A stretch of DNA of 63,825 bases, counting the filler, from Collodictyon triciliatum (Eukaryota), in assembly GCA_043381765.1 (NCBI GenBank). It is 8 parts of 8 records of this genome, joined end to end, with 100 filler letters (N's around TTAATTAATTAA, not from the genome) between each part and the next. Parts side by side here need not be neighbours in the genome. Positions count along the whole stretch, not along the records: positions 34,341 to 42,824 come from JBHJMP010003409.1; positions 42,925 to 51,402 come from JBHJMP010003411.1; 6 more parts are not named here. The stretch is one strand, 5' to 3'. A program made the translations under genes and the position numbers. This document shows positions 36,900 to 49,448 of this stretch, piece by piece. Position 1 is the stretch's first letter; every line of letters begins with the position of its first letter. Under the pieces are notes generated by a model that worked only from the letters and a program-made list of their open reading frames with translations, was not told where the DNA came from and did not search any database.

Positions 36900-38483
36900 T
36901 CATTCCCGTAAAGTTATATTACGGTGGATGGACAAGAAACAAAAACACGACCAGACAAACAAAAGCTGGCGATTCATCAGCTTCCATTTAACATCTTGAT
37001 GCATGCTAATATTCCCCTTCCAAATATCATACGAAAGAGAGAATAGGTCTCCAAAGAAATTGAAGATCAACTGAACCAGCACTTGGTATACACACTCTTG
37101 GATAGAAGGTATCCTGTTAATCTTTGCATTTTCTGATAAAACAAACCCAAGCAAATATACCAAAAACGGTGCGAGAAAAATAGAGTAAATCTCGGATGAC
37201 ATATCGTCACATATGTATCTAGCCCGAAAAACAACCGCTTCCTTGATGTAGAGGTCTTCTTCGGATATCACTTCCGTATGAATGAAGTCCGAGGGGACTA
37301 TGCTGTCCAAACGTCGCATATCAGTCACAGGTGATAAGGATACCAAACGATTTCTTTTTCTATATGACCATATTCTATGATAAATTTTTGACACAGAAGT
37401 GATTATTTTGAAGGTCATTCTTGTTTGTTCTTCAAAGAAGACGGAGTGAAATGAATCGGTGATTACACAAGCGAGATTAATTAAAATGAATTCCCAAGAA
37501 AGAGCTCCTTTTGCCGAAAGGTTTGAAATGAATATTCGGCCTATGAATTGGATAAAATGATTGCACATTTTGTTAACCACTAGGCGTTTGTCCATGTCTT
37601 CTCTAGACAGGCTAAATATGACTCTTTTTTGATACCACTTCGAGACACTAAAAAAAATTGGGAAAATAAGCAGTCGAAAGAAAATCTTGACCTCAATATC
37701 TGCCTCCAAATATAATGATAGCATGTTGAAGAATCCAAATATAACAAAAACAAAGAAACCGATGACTCCCTTAAACAAGGCATTCGTAGAGCCATCCTTT
37801 GTGAGACGATAAAATTTCTCCTCCTCCTCAAGCATCCCATTTGGCTTTCGAGACTTACGAATCAAAAGTAATCCAAAACCGAAGAACAAAAGTAGCAGAG
37901 CGTTTCTTAAGTTAATCATGAAAAAGTTGGAGTACAACTGTTCTATGAAATAAAAGGTATTGTCGGTGACATAGGCGGGAACTAGCGCACAGATGATTGC
38001 TCTTCTTGTAAACTGGAAACTAAATATGTTGATTGCAGCAAGGGTTATGGAGGTCCAAAGACACATCAACATCAAGGCCTTGAGCACTGTGTCATACACA
38101 AACTCCTTGATTAGTTCAAGAAACTTTGGCGCAGCAATAACAGCCGGAAGATAGAAGAAGGCCATGAAAAATATGTTAGCTGCGAGTATCGATATAATTC
38201 TTTTGATAATAGCAAACCACATCCCTTTTGCATATTTGAATGACTCAACCGCGCCTTTCTTCTTGGGCGCGTCAACTTCGATACTGCATGGGTTGGAGCC
38301 TCGTTCAAGGTCTTTTTGATTCTCACAGTGCTGTTCCTGGAGCTGCAACGCTCGGCCACATTCACTGACTGTCTTCATGTCTGAATATATATTCACGAGT
38401 GCAACAGACTTTTCATCAGGCGTGTTTGAAGCGTTCGAGATCGGGGCTTCTGCTTCGTCGTGGGTCTCCCTGGCTTGGGTCAT
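36900..38483 (-). CDS. Uncharacterised multi-pass membrane protein (527 aa), paralog B
   Basis: Shares RLTKDGS..ALFKG, SKWYQ.RVIF.LS, KMCNH.IQ and KEAV.FRARYI.DD..SEIYSIFLAP with paralog A. Confidence 0.8.
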   Translation of the reverse strand: MTQARETHDEAEAPISNASNTPDEKSVALVNIYSDMKTVSECGRALQLQEQHCENQKDLERGSNPCSIEVDAPKKKGAVESFKYAKGMWFAIIKRIISILAANIFFMAFFYLPAVIAAPKFLELIKEFVYDTVLKALMLMCLWTSITLAAINIFSFQFTRRAIICALVPAYVTDNTFYFIEQLYSNFFMINLRNALLLLFFGFGLLLIRKSRKPNGMLEEEEKFYRLTKDGSTNALFKGVIGFFVFVIFGFFNMLSLYLEADIEVKIFFRLLIFPIFFSVSKWYQKRVIFSLSREDMDKRLVVNKMCNHFIQFIGRIFISNLSAKGALSWEFILINLACVITDSFHSVFFEEQTRMTFKIITSVSKIYHRIWSYRKRNRLVSLSPVTDMRRLDSIVPSDFIHTEVISEEDLYIKEAVVFRARYICDDMSSEIYSIFLAPFLVYLLGFVLSENAKINRIPSIQECVYQVLVQLIFNFFGDLFSLSYDIWKGNISMHQDVKWKLMNRQLLFVWSCFCFLSIHRNITLRE

Positions 38484-39671
38484 TGCGGTGTCCGTTTCGA
38501 CTGTTGTATCACAATTACAGGATTAAGAGTATGTGCAGTCTATTATACAGATACATGGAATCAAGGATGCAGCATCTTGATGGTTTGCTTCTGGGGCCAT
38601 CTCTGCAAAGGCGTGTTCGGTACATCTTTGTTGTGTCTTGACTCAGTGCTTGGCAAAGCGAAACTATGCTACACGAAAAAGAATATACTTTGATGCAAGT
38701 GAAGATGACAATAAGGGATACTGACGCACCGAATTCAGACCCAAAAGTGTACATGCAACTATTATACTATTAGTTGGAATTATGCTATGTTTTTATTTAA
38801 TAAGATTCATATTATCCTAAATTGGTTTAATAAAACTAATTTAATCATAAATTCCACAATAATACACAAGTCCCTTGTTTCGGGCTCTGTTCTTTTCTCT
38901 CAACCTTGCCAGCACGGCGCATATGCAGCTAGAAGTCAGCAGCCAGATCTTGTTGCAGGGGTGAAGTGCATCTCTAAGAAAGCACAGAATCCACAGCCAT
39001 CGAGCCTCCTCTTCTGCGCTCGCGTCATGGTCAACGAACAGCACCTTTTCATCGCATGGCCGTAGACGAATCATGCGCAGGCAAGCCGGCTTCTCGTCCC
39101 TGGCTGTGTATATTTCGCCCTGCATTGCACCAGGGAACATAAATCAAGATGCAAGAAGAAAGGAAGGAGGAAGGAGGAAGAAAAAAAGAAAAAGGACAGG
39201 GAAATGCAGTTGGAAGTTTATTCCCTCATTCAGCCCATTTCAAAGGAAAAACTTTGCGGGCAAATGCCGTCTGTTTTGATAGTCCCTTGATTTTGATGGA
39301 GTGATTTTAGTTTTTTTTTTTTTAGTGTGTATTTTTTTATTATTCTTTGCACCCTGCTCTGCGAACGCGTCCGGGGTCATGGCAACGACGTTTGTTGAAA
39401 GGGAAGGTGTCCTGCAAGAGCTCTGACGAGTCTTAAAATCAAAGTAGGTTGAGGCGAATAAATCGTAGTGGGGCTCAGAGTTTGATCGTTCCGCTGATTT
39501 CCCTCAGCAGTCTTCGTCTGCTTTGTAGCAAGCAGGTTGTTTGGCTCTCTGCTCCAGTGCGAATAAGAAGATATCAATAGAGGCAGTTTTGGAGATAGCT
39601 AGACCCAAACGGAGTCGAAGAGAAACAAATAGGAAATACCAAAAAAAAAAAAATAATAAGAAAAAAACAGT

Positions 39672-42622
39672 ATGGGCGGTACAGATGGTGATGATCGACG
39701 CCAGAAGCTCAACACGATAGGGTCCTACGTCCTCGGAAAGACTATAGGAGAAGGGAGTTTTGCTAAAGTGAAAGCTGCTTTTGATGAAAGGACCGGTCAG
39801 AAGGTAGTTGTTAAACAAGTTTTTATATTTGTTTTTTTTTATTTCCGCTTACTTTTCTTGTCTCCTTGCATGTATTAATCCACTGGGCTGTAGGTGGCGA
39901 TCAAAATTATCGAAAAAGCACGCATAAGTAAGTTGTCACAGGGTTTCAGGTTCCTAACATACCTGTATTATTCGTATCAGTGCTATTATTCATTATCATT
40001 TTATTGTCATTTTATTGTCATTTTATTGTCATTTTATTGTCATTTTATTGTCATTTTATTGTCATTTTATTGTCATTTTATTGTCATTTTATTGTAATGT
40101 TATTGTAATGTTATTGTAATGTTATTGTAATGTTATTGTAATGTTATTGTCATTTGATTATTTTCATTATTATTGTTGTTTTATGACGATTATTTTATGA
40201 CGATTATTGCCATCTTATGCATATCTAACTGGTTAGCGGATTCCAAGACCATGGATCGAACTCTTCGAGAAATCGGGGTCTTGAAAGTGGTGAAGCATCC
40301 AAACATCATACAATTTGTAGAGGTATATCAGAATTGAATTTTCTCTTTTAGAAATATAAGTATGTCCAAAGCCATGTGCATCCTCGCATCATATAACTCA
40401 TTCGATTCACATGACATTCTTAGGTAATTGATACTCCAGAGCGCATACATGTGGTTGTGGAATATGTGGATGGGGGAGAACTTTTTGATTATATTGTCGC
40501 ACACCAAAGGGTGAAGGAAAATAGAGCAAAGAGAATATTTAGGGGTATCGTCGAGGCTGTTGAGTACTGTCACAGTCTGAACATCATCCATAGGTACCAC
40601 ACCTCAAAGCGAGATATTAGTAATCCCAATTACCTGTCCCTTGTACTAATCAAGAATTAACTATCGACAGGGATTTGAAGCCTGAAAATATTCTGATGGA
40701 CAAGCAAAAAAACATCAAGATTATCGATTTTGGCCTATGCAACACGCTTCGTAGAGATTATGGCCTTCGCTCTCGGTAATTGACGATTCGTATCAAAAAT
40801 TGGACCGATATCCATGTAACTTTAAAGCAAACAATATCTCAAGTGATACTCTCAACATGGATGTTATTCGAATTCAGTTGCGGCTCGCCGTACTACGTTG
40901 CTCCTGAAATGGTTTCTGGGAAGGGATATGGAACATCTGTGGACCTATGGTCGCTAGGCGTCATTTTATACTCTCTTCTAACCGGAGATGTTCCTTTCTC
41001 TGACAACAATCTGACTGCTCTACTTGAAAAGATTGTTGAAGGAAAATATCACATTCCTCGATACCTGAGTGAAGGTATTTCTTGCTAAGAGAAAAAAAAC
41101 ACATAGTTTTTTTCATCTTTTAGACGAAAGAAAAAGCCATTTTTTGAAACTGAAAAAAAATATGGGTTTGTTTGTCTTTTTTCATCCAGATGCAAAAGAC
41201 CTAATCCGCAACCTTCTCGTCACGGAACCCTCGAGACGCTTTACCGTAAACGATATTCGTCGACATCCTTGGATGGGCTCCATGAGCTCTCCACCCGAAA
41301 TCCCAGACATCAACTCCAACATTTCCCTTCCCCTTGATGACTCTGTCCTCCGCCAAATGGAGGAAGTCGGGTTTGAATCAAAGCTAGTTTACGACTACAT
41401 CCGTGGCCGCGTGAAAAACGGCGTGACAAACATGTATCGTTTACTCTTATCGCGGAAACGAGGTGCTGAGTCCAAGGCACCTTTTGACAGGTTGTTTGGA
41501 GAAAAGGATAAAGAAAAAGAAAAAGAAGCTGCCAGTCGATCCTTGTCCATCATGAATCTTCGTGAAATCTCTGCATCAGCAAACAAACTGGTGGTGGACC
41601 CCATCCTTCTTCCACCTGTCCTTGGGAATGCAGTCATCCGCCCCAATCCTAACCTCGGTTCAAGTATCCCTTCAAATCCTGGTATTTCGGCAGCATCTTC
41701 TTCAGTCAACGCTGGAGTCAATGGAGGCGGTGGTGTAATCACCATCAATCCTAATGCCTCCATAAACACGTCTTCCATCACTGGCTCTGCTCCAAATACC
41801 GGCCCGTTTACCAACGCACCCTTCAACCCTGCCCCAAGTTCATCAACGGCATTTGCGTTCCATTCTGCTGCACAATCGAATCCGCCACCGTCCACCCAAG
41901 GAACAAATCAAGTCTCGTCAGATGCACGCTATTTGGCATACCTGATGAATACACGCTCTGATGAGCCGGCGCAGCAAGCTGTCAATCAGGTGCAGTCGCA
42001 GTTACAAGCTCCAGCCCGTTCAAGCACCCAGACGCGCCCCCAATCGACCCATCATGTCAGACCCGAACCGATTTACTCGCAGATCTTCATGGAGCCAGTC
42101 CCCGAGCGCCGATCCATTTCGATCTCTTCATCTGGAAATCCGGATTTGAGAGCAAGTTTATTCCGCCCAAGTGGCCTGAATGTTTTGGGCTCCACCACAG
42201 CCTCCGCATCGCCCAATGCGCCTCCCTTTTCCACTCTCTTCAGCACTGTCAACCCGCCCCCTCCCTCCGCAGCCCCTTCCAATCCTTCGTCGCTTCCTTC
42301 CCATTCCACTGTATCGATATCATCTTCGGGCCTCTTCGGCTCAATGATGCCTCCGTTGACTGCACCAAATCCTATTCCATCACCCGTAACAGTGACTCTC
42401 CCAACTGCTGGTGCTGGTCTGATTGGCAATCCTGGAGCTCTGCAGCCACAGATTCAAAACACATTTATTTTGTCGTCGCAACCTGGTGGCGTAGGGACAA
42501 GTTTGCTGGGTGCTGCTCCAAACCCGTCCAGTGTATCCTCCAATTCTGCTGCTGAATCATCATCACATTCGCAAGCATCACGGAAGTCCTTGGAGGCACA
42601 CGTCTCGTCGATGGTGTTATGA
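39672..42622 (+). CDS. CAMKL (AMPK/MARK/SIK-related) Ser/Thr kinase with UBA domain and Pro/Ser/Asn-rich tail; 3' end may splice further
   Basis: [87 protein letters not shown]-like [10 protein letters not shown]...YRLLL. Confidence 0.9.
39995..40152. repeat. 11-bp intronic minisatellite (TTTTATTGTCA)n / (TGTTATTGTAA)n
   Basis: Directly visible. Confidence 0.85.
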
Positions 42623-42979
42623 TGTCTATGGGAAGGTCAGTTTTTTCCTTTTTCACTCTTTCCTTTTCGCATCTCTATATTTAAGCTGAGATATGTCCGC
42701 TTATTGTATGATAATCTGAGTGGATTTTTCGACAACGTTCACATCATGGTATAGCCGCTTCCTTGAATTATAGTGTTTTTATTTATTTACTTCTTTCCTT
42801 CTTTTTTTTTTTTTTTTTGCAATCNNNNNNNNNNNNNNNNNNNNNNNNNNNNNNNNNNNNNNNNNNNNTTAATTAATTAANNNNNNNNNNNNNNNNNNNN
42901 NNNNNNNNNNNNNNNNNNNNNNNNTTTAATTCAGACACCGCTTGCATGTTCGAGGCTGCTCTTGCTTTGTGCTGCTTCC

Positions 42980-44870
42980 ATGGACGTGCCGAAGGTTCCG
43001 CCGAGCAGCGGGCTGTTTCTGTACTACTTTCGCTCGGTCCTGATCCGCGCCAGTGATGTGTTTAGAGCCTTGTGCTTTGTGCTTCTCGTAGTGTTCTTGG
43101 GTGTTCTGTTGAAGGTTTTTACCGTGATTTCTTCTTCGACTCCGATTATTTTTCTTATTCAAGCAAGAACAAGTCTTCTGTTTAATTCACCCTTTTTTTT
43201 TCTCTGCATTATTTTTCTATTTCAGACTCTCATTTCTCGTTTCCTGTTTATTTTCCGACTTATGAGATTGTGTTCCCCGTCATCTTAAACCCTTATTCCA
43301 GTCGATATTCTCTCCGGGATACGTCTATTGCGACGCTGCTGTTTGTCCTGGCCAGGACGAATTGGATGCTTTTGGTACTGACCTTCCCATTCTGATTGTC
43401 AGTGAGTTTTGTCATCAATCAACATCCTCTCAAGACGGGTTCAAAGTCTAATTCTGTACTGCAGATATTGCTTTATGTTATTTCATTAAAAAATCAAGAT
43501 CTTTTAAAAGAAATAATAGCAAGAAAAAAACAAATACGTGTGTATATCTATGTATTTATTTATTTACCAAAGAATGTCATTTAATTATTTTTGGATTTCT
43601 CACTAAAATCCAATAGTTACTGTGAAAAGTTAACCATCAAACCATTTAGGCTCATGTGTTCATTCTAGTGTACTGCTGTTTTCTTTGGCAATTATTTTCT
43701 GCCCCTCTGTTATGATGAGAGATAAGCTCGATCTTAAGTGGAAATCTGCTCTGCTCATACTAACAGCTTTGATATCTCAAATGTTGGCAACAATCCCAAC
43801 CACTCAGAGGTATACAGTATGATCAAATTTGTAGTTGCTTGTGGTAACGTCATGAATTTGAAATAATCATGGATGCGCTGTGCTTCTCTTATGACGTACC
43901 CACATAACTTAGTGTTTGCTTCTTTTTTTTTAAAAAAAAAACTATAAAACTCATCATCCTAGAAAATACGTTGTCCCTTATTATGCACTACAAAAATACG
44001 TATTCTCGATTCATTCGACTGGGGCTGACACATTTTTCATCGCAAATAACATATGGACGCCAATTTACGGAAACAGGTGTTCATTTTTTCTTTCTTTTTC
44101 CTTTTGATACTGTAATGCCGTGTCCTCCTTTGGGTTTCTGAATATTTAATAATTCACAATACAACTAAGTTTTCTTAACTTTCTTGTAACTTGAACGTGA
44201 AAATTCCCAAAAACAGCAGACTCCCTCATACTCATTGGATATTGCCTAGGAGTACCTTAATACGAATCAACGAGGCAACTGGTAAGGAAGACACTATCCG
44301 CGATCTATCTCCAATAGCGCATGAAGTCTACATCGACCCTGAGTGGGACTCTAGTAATGAATAATCACCTGCCATAAATTGTATAATCGTATCTCACTTT
44401 TTGACCTCAGCAAACACTTGGGTACATGAAATTATACGAAAAATATATAGTCACACTACTGTTTTTCAAAGGCCCCCCTCTCTCGCCAACCTTCAGCATG
44501 AATCGAACAGTCCGAGGATTGAAAAGTGGGACGTTCTATTTCTTCCAGCTTCTTCCAAAAGGAAAAAAGGTGTGATATTGTACTCCTCAAGGCAGAATGG
44601 CCCCATATCTCAGGCATAGAGCCCCGTGAATAAATCCATACGATATGAATATATTCCGATGTTTCACAAAGCTCTTGTATACCATCGTTTTAATCGTTTA
44701 GGTTGCTAATGGACCTGTAATACCTTCGGATGATTATTACGTCCACGTCGATAATCTCTTGCCGATGACTGATTTACCTGGTTTGGTGGATATTCGCTGC
44801 TTCATGATGTGTCGCTTTATAGAAGGAAAAGGATGCGACTCGAATGCGCGGAGCATAAACAACCTATGAA
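42980..44870 (+). CDS. Probable multi-exon hypothetical membrane protein; exon structure unresolved
   Basis: MDVPKVPPSSGLFLYYFRSVLIRASDVFRALCFVLLVVFLGVLLK|SIFSPGYVYCDAAVCPGQDELDAFGTDLPILI| followed by further AG/GT-bounded hydrophobic segments. No family recognised. Confidence 0.35.
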
Positions 44871-45124
44871 GACGCACCCGATTAAAATGCCAATTACAAG
44901 CAATAAATAATTACCAACACAGTGTAGCGATGTGAAGCAAATTATTTGTATGATTTTATGAAGTATTCGAGAAAGTAAGTATACAACAGGTATTATGCTA
45001 TCCTATGTCCATTCCCTCTTTTACATGGTCTTCTTTGGTTAGTATCGCATATGCTTCTGCTATTTTGATGATGATGCAATCATCACCTCAGTCCGAGTCA
45101 TAAAGGCGCATGGCGTGCTGCAGC

Positions 45125-45341
45125 AAGCTTCTTTGTCACAAGAGCCAGCTCCCTACAAAGTTTACGGTCATGGGTAAAAAGTGTTCAGAACACATCCTCA
45201 AAGAGCGTCCGCCAGCCGCGAACAACGAACGACAAGTAAAAGCCCCGCAAAAGAATACACCTGCCAAGCAGACAAGCAGCAACGGGGTCAGGGAAGCCAA
45301 GGCCAGGCAACAACAGAGTCCGCAAGACTCACAGCAGATAC
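45125..45341 (+). mobile_element. Dispersed repeat copy 1, putative non-LTR retrotransposon ORF1 fragment, running into a 950-N gap
   Basis: 45125-45289 closely matches 51239-51402. Confidence 0.55.
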
Positions 45342-46739
45342 NNNNNNNNNNNNNNNNNNNNNNNNNNNNNNNNNNNNNNNNNNNNNNNNNNNNNNNNNNN
45401 NNNNNNNNNNNNNNNNNNNNNNNNNNNNNNNNNNNNNNNNNNNNNNNNNNNNNNNNNNNNNNNNNNNNNNNNNNNNNNNNNNNNNNNNNNNNNNNNNNNN
45501 NNNNNNNNNNNNNNNNNNNNNNNNNNNNNNNNNNNNNNNNNNNNNNNNNNNNNNNNNNNNNNNNNNNNNNNNNNNNNNNNNNNNNNNNNNNNNNNNNNNN
45601 NNNNNNNNNNNNNNNNNNNNNNNNNNNNNNNNNNNNNNNNNNNNNNNNNNNNNNNNNNNNNNNNNNNNNNNNNNNNNNNNNNNNNNNNNNNNNNNNNNNN
45701 NNNNNNNNNNNNNNNNNNNNNNNNNNNNNNNNNNNNNNNNNNNNNNNNNNNNNNNNNNNNNNNNNNNNNNNNNNNNNNNNNNNNNNNNNNNNNNNNNNNN
45801 NNNNNNNNNNNNNNNNNNNNNNNNNNNNNNNNNNNNNNNNNNNNNNNNNNNNNNNNNNNNNNNNNNNNNNNNNNNNNNNNNNNNNNNNNNNNNNNNNNNN
45901 NNNNNNNNNNNNNNNNNNNNNNNNNNNNNNNNNNNNNNNNNNNNNNNNNNNNNNNNNNNNNNNNNNNNNNNNNNNNNNNNNNNNNNNNNNNNNNNNNNNN
46001 NNNNNNNNNNNNNNNNNNNNNNNNNNNNNNNNNNNNNNNNNNNNNNNNNNNNNNNNNNNNNNNNNNNNNNNNNNNNNNNNNNNNNNNNNNNNNNNNNNNN
46101 NNNNNNNNNNNNNNNNNNNNNNNNNNNNNNNNNNNNNNNNNNNNNNNNNNNNNNNNNNNNNNNNNNNNNNNNNNNNNNNNNNNNNNNNNNNNNNNNNNNN
46201 NNNNNNNNNNNNNNNNNNNNNNNNNNNNNNNNNNNNNNNNNNNNNNNNNNNNNNNNNNNNNNNNNNNNNNNNNNNNNNNNNNNNNNNNNNNCTATAAAAT
46301 CCAATTTAAGATTATCCATACTCGGCCGTAAAACCGACATCAGAGATTTCCAGATGCACGCCCATAATGAGATGACACTTTTTTTTCGCCAGTAATCGAA
46401 CCCAATAGCAGACGCATCCGAATCGAGAGAGATTGAAATCGTGGAGGAGTGTAACTGTCTCCGCTTGTCACTGCAATGGAAAAAAAAAAAAAACTGGCCC
46501 GCTTCTTCAGAAATGAAAAGCCAAATGAAAATTTAACAGAAAGGACTTCGGCTTGACCAGGCTCGTGAGGTGACCCAAGTTACTCGTCGATACAACCCAG
46601 CCAAATCAAAATGTTGGCAGTATAGTAGAATGATGGTGAATCTCTCGTCTACCACAGGTTGAAAGGGACAACTAGCGACACGAACACTTTGTATCGAATA
46701 AAGGAAAAAAAAAACTGGCGACACGAACAAACTATTGAC

Positions 46740-46947
46740 GAAACGAGCAAAGAAACGAGCAAAGAAACGAGCAAAGAAACGAGCAAAGAAACGAGCAAAG
46801 AAACTAGTTAAGAAACAAACAAAAAACAAAAAACAAAAAACAAACAAAAAACAAATAAGAAACATACAAAAAAAAACAAACAAAAAACAAACAAAAAACA
46901 AACAAAAAACAAACAAAAAAGAAACAAACAACAAACAAAAAACAAAT
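46740..46947. repeat. (AAACGAGCAAAG)5 followed by A-rich simple repeats
   Basis: Directly visible. Confidence 0.8.
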
Positions 46948-48822
46948 CCAAAGAAATGCAGAAGTATTCTAATCTATACGCCACACACAAACTTACGGTT
47001 AAAGACAAACTTATTTTTAAGCGCACGCATACACGCATAGAGCCATTTATTTCTCAATAATAATCATCCTAAAAGAACGGACTGGAACCTCAAGACGTTT
47101 CGCTTCGACACTCCGAGCACAATAGCAGCTAAACACTCAGAACCTTGTCTTTGGCCAATTATCCCACATCTTTTAGCTTCCAGCCTCGTCGATTTGTTTG
47201 TAGTGCACTTGTTCAAGGTGTCGCAGAATACAGGCCCCTTGCCCACTGAGGCCAGTCAAGCATGGAGGCACATATTACGCGCAAGCCTTGAAAGAGCCAC
47301 ATATCCGCTAGCTTCGGAAGCTTCTCCAAAGGGTCAAAGCAGCACCGGGCTCAAAAGCCCTTGGCTCCATTAGGTACGTAAGCGGCAGATAGAAACAGAG
47401 CCTTGTTGTGCCGTGCCTCTTGGCTCTGTTTAACGTGTGGGCCTTGCGAAGAATCGGTCGGTCTTGGCCTGATTGACGCAGCCATGCTGGAAGGTGGGCG
47501 CTGCGGCGGGTTGGGCGGACAAGAAACTCTGAAGCCCACGACTCGGCTTGAGCCTTACCATCGCTGCGGGCTTCGTTACGATAGCAGCAACGCTAACGCA
47601 GTCTTCGAGCGGAATGGCGGTTCTTTTATACTCGCCCGGTGCGCTTGCTCGCCATTGCGTTGCCGCCTACAGAAATTTCGGTGCTTTTGTTGCGAAATGG
47701 GTTTCATCCCATCAGTTAGATTCCGACGCATTTGAAAAAAGAAGAAAAAACGAGGACTATTGTTTTTCTTTTCGCGCCCAAAATACCTTTATTTCCAAAC
47801 CAAAAAACCTATCGACACGGTTATTGAGAGTAACGGACAAACGTTTCTCTTGTGTCTTTTTTTTTAAATTCTTATTTTCCCGCCAAACCATCGACTTATT
47901 TTTCTTTCCGTTACTGAAAATCTAATGACACGTTTATTGAGAGTAACGGACTTGCATTTCTCCTTGGATGGCCCAACATATGTATTTATTGAAATTCAAA
48001 TTACCACTAAATCCATTCAATTCGATTCAATTCAGCTGAGGCGAACACATCACGAGTCGAGGCGTGCGCTTCGAGCATCGGACACACAGACACACTCGGC
48101 CGCGCATTTGTCCCGCCCGGTTTGCCGACGGAAGTTGGGTGGTATCAGGCGAAGGTGCCTGCTTGTTCGTTGAAGGGCGCCTATTTGCCTTCCAACAGAC
48201 GAATCCTCGCTGCCAAGCCAAATCACGCGCTGCCCGTCGGCCTACTTGGTGGGGTCGGCTTTGAATCTAATGGAAAAAACAAACAAACAGATATGCTTTC
48301 TTTTTCTACTTCGTTCATAATACTCATTCAGACAGCCAAGCTATTCTTGACTTTGCTCTGTCTGAGTTGAGTGTGCTTGGCTGGCCAAGCTTTGAGAAGC
48401 TGCTCTGGGACATGCGTGCCAAATGATCATGGCACAAATGTCGGTGTCTCTTTCTTCTATTTTATGTTTTCCTTTCTGATGCGATTGAGGCGGAGAACCT
48501 CTATCTTAAATCCGTGACTTCTTTCTCAAAGGAACGAAAGCAATAGCAGTAAGTGCAGAGAAAGAGCAATATTACTGCCACATATTTTTTTTTTACGTCC
48601 TTTGCTTTCTTTACAAAGATACTACACACGTGTATTCTTCAAAAAAAAGTGAGGAAAAAAAAATCTCTTTTTAACCCGATCATACAAAAACGTAGGTTTG
48701 GGTGGAGTCAGCCCAGCCAACCTCATAGTTCGTAACACAGTAATTTTGCCAAATTTAATCTATATGCTGCCTCTAGACCCAGTGATTATTGACGGCTAAC
48801 AGCTGCCAGGAACCTCAAGCAG

Positions 48823-48872
<50 letters not shown>

Positions 48873-49448
48873 ATCGACACAATGTCCACTACTTGCTCAA
48901 ATATCTCAACACCATATATGAATTCCATGGACTGCTTCCGAGCGGATTCCTAATGGTACAATATCCTCTAGTTATTACTAAGGATTTTGTTGGGAGTGCC
49001 ACATGTGTAACTCAGCCTCATTTTTTTTTATCATGGTTCAATACAAGCTGGACCGTACAAAGATATTTAGTGTGTTAAAACATCAATTGTCTCAGTATCC
49101 CTTCCGTAGCATATAATCATATTCATATCCAATATGGAATCATTACAAAATGAATAGAAACTATGGATCAACCCCGCCCTTACATGAGCATATAAGACAT
49201 TAGCCCACTAAACATTTCCTTTTCTGAGAGCCTTTTTCTCACTTTTTTTTTTTTTGAAAAAACTGATACACTGGGTACATAATGTACGTTGATCGAAACA
49301 TGGAACTGATTCAATGATTCGACAAGTGTGGTGTCGTCAAGAGTTTAGGAGAGGCCTCAGAATAGCAATTAATATTTTATGTGAATGAAGCATGGTATGT
49401 AGTTTAACCTTAATTTCTTCTCCAGACGTTACACTACCAACAGCATCT

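Noticed and set aside
45110-46395. 350-400 aa ORFs, and similar ones at 11843-12630
   Set aside because: They mostly read through N gaps.
48140-48150. TGGTATCAGGC as an LTR primer-binding site
   Set aside because: It is an imperfect match to the tRNA-iMet PBS, with no preceding LTR end and no gag/pol downstream.
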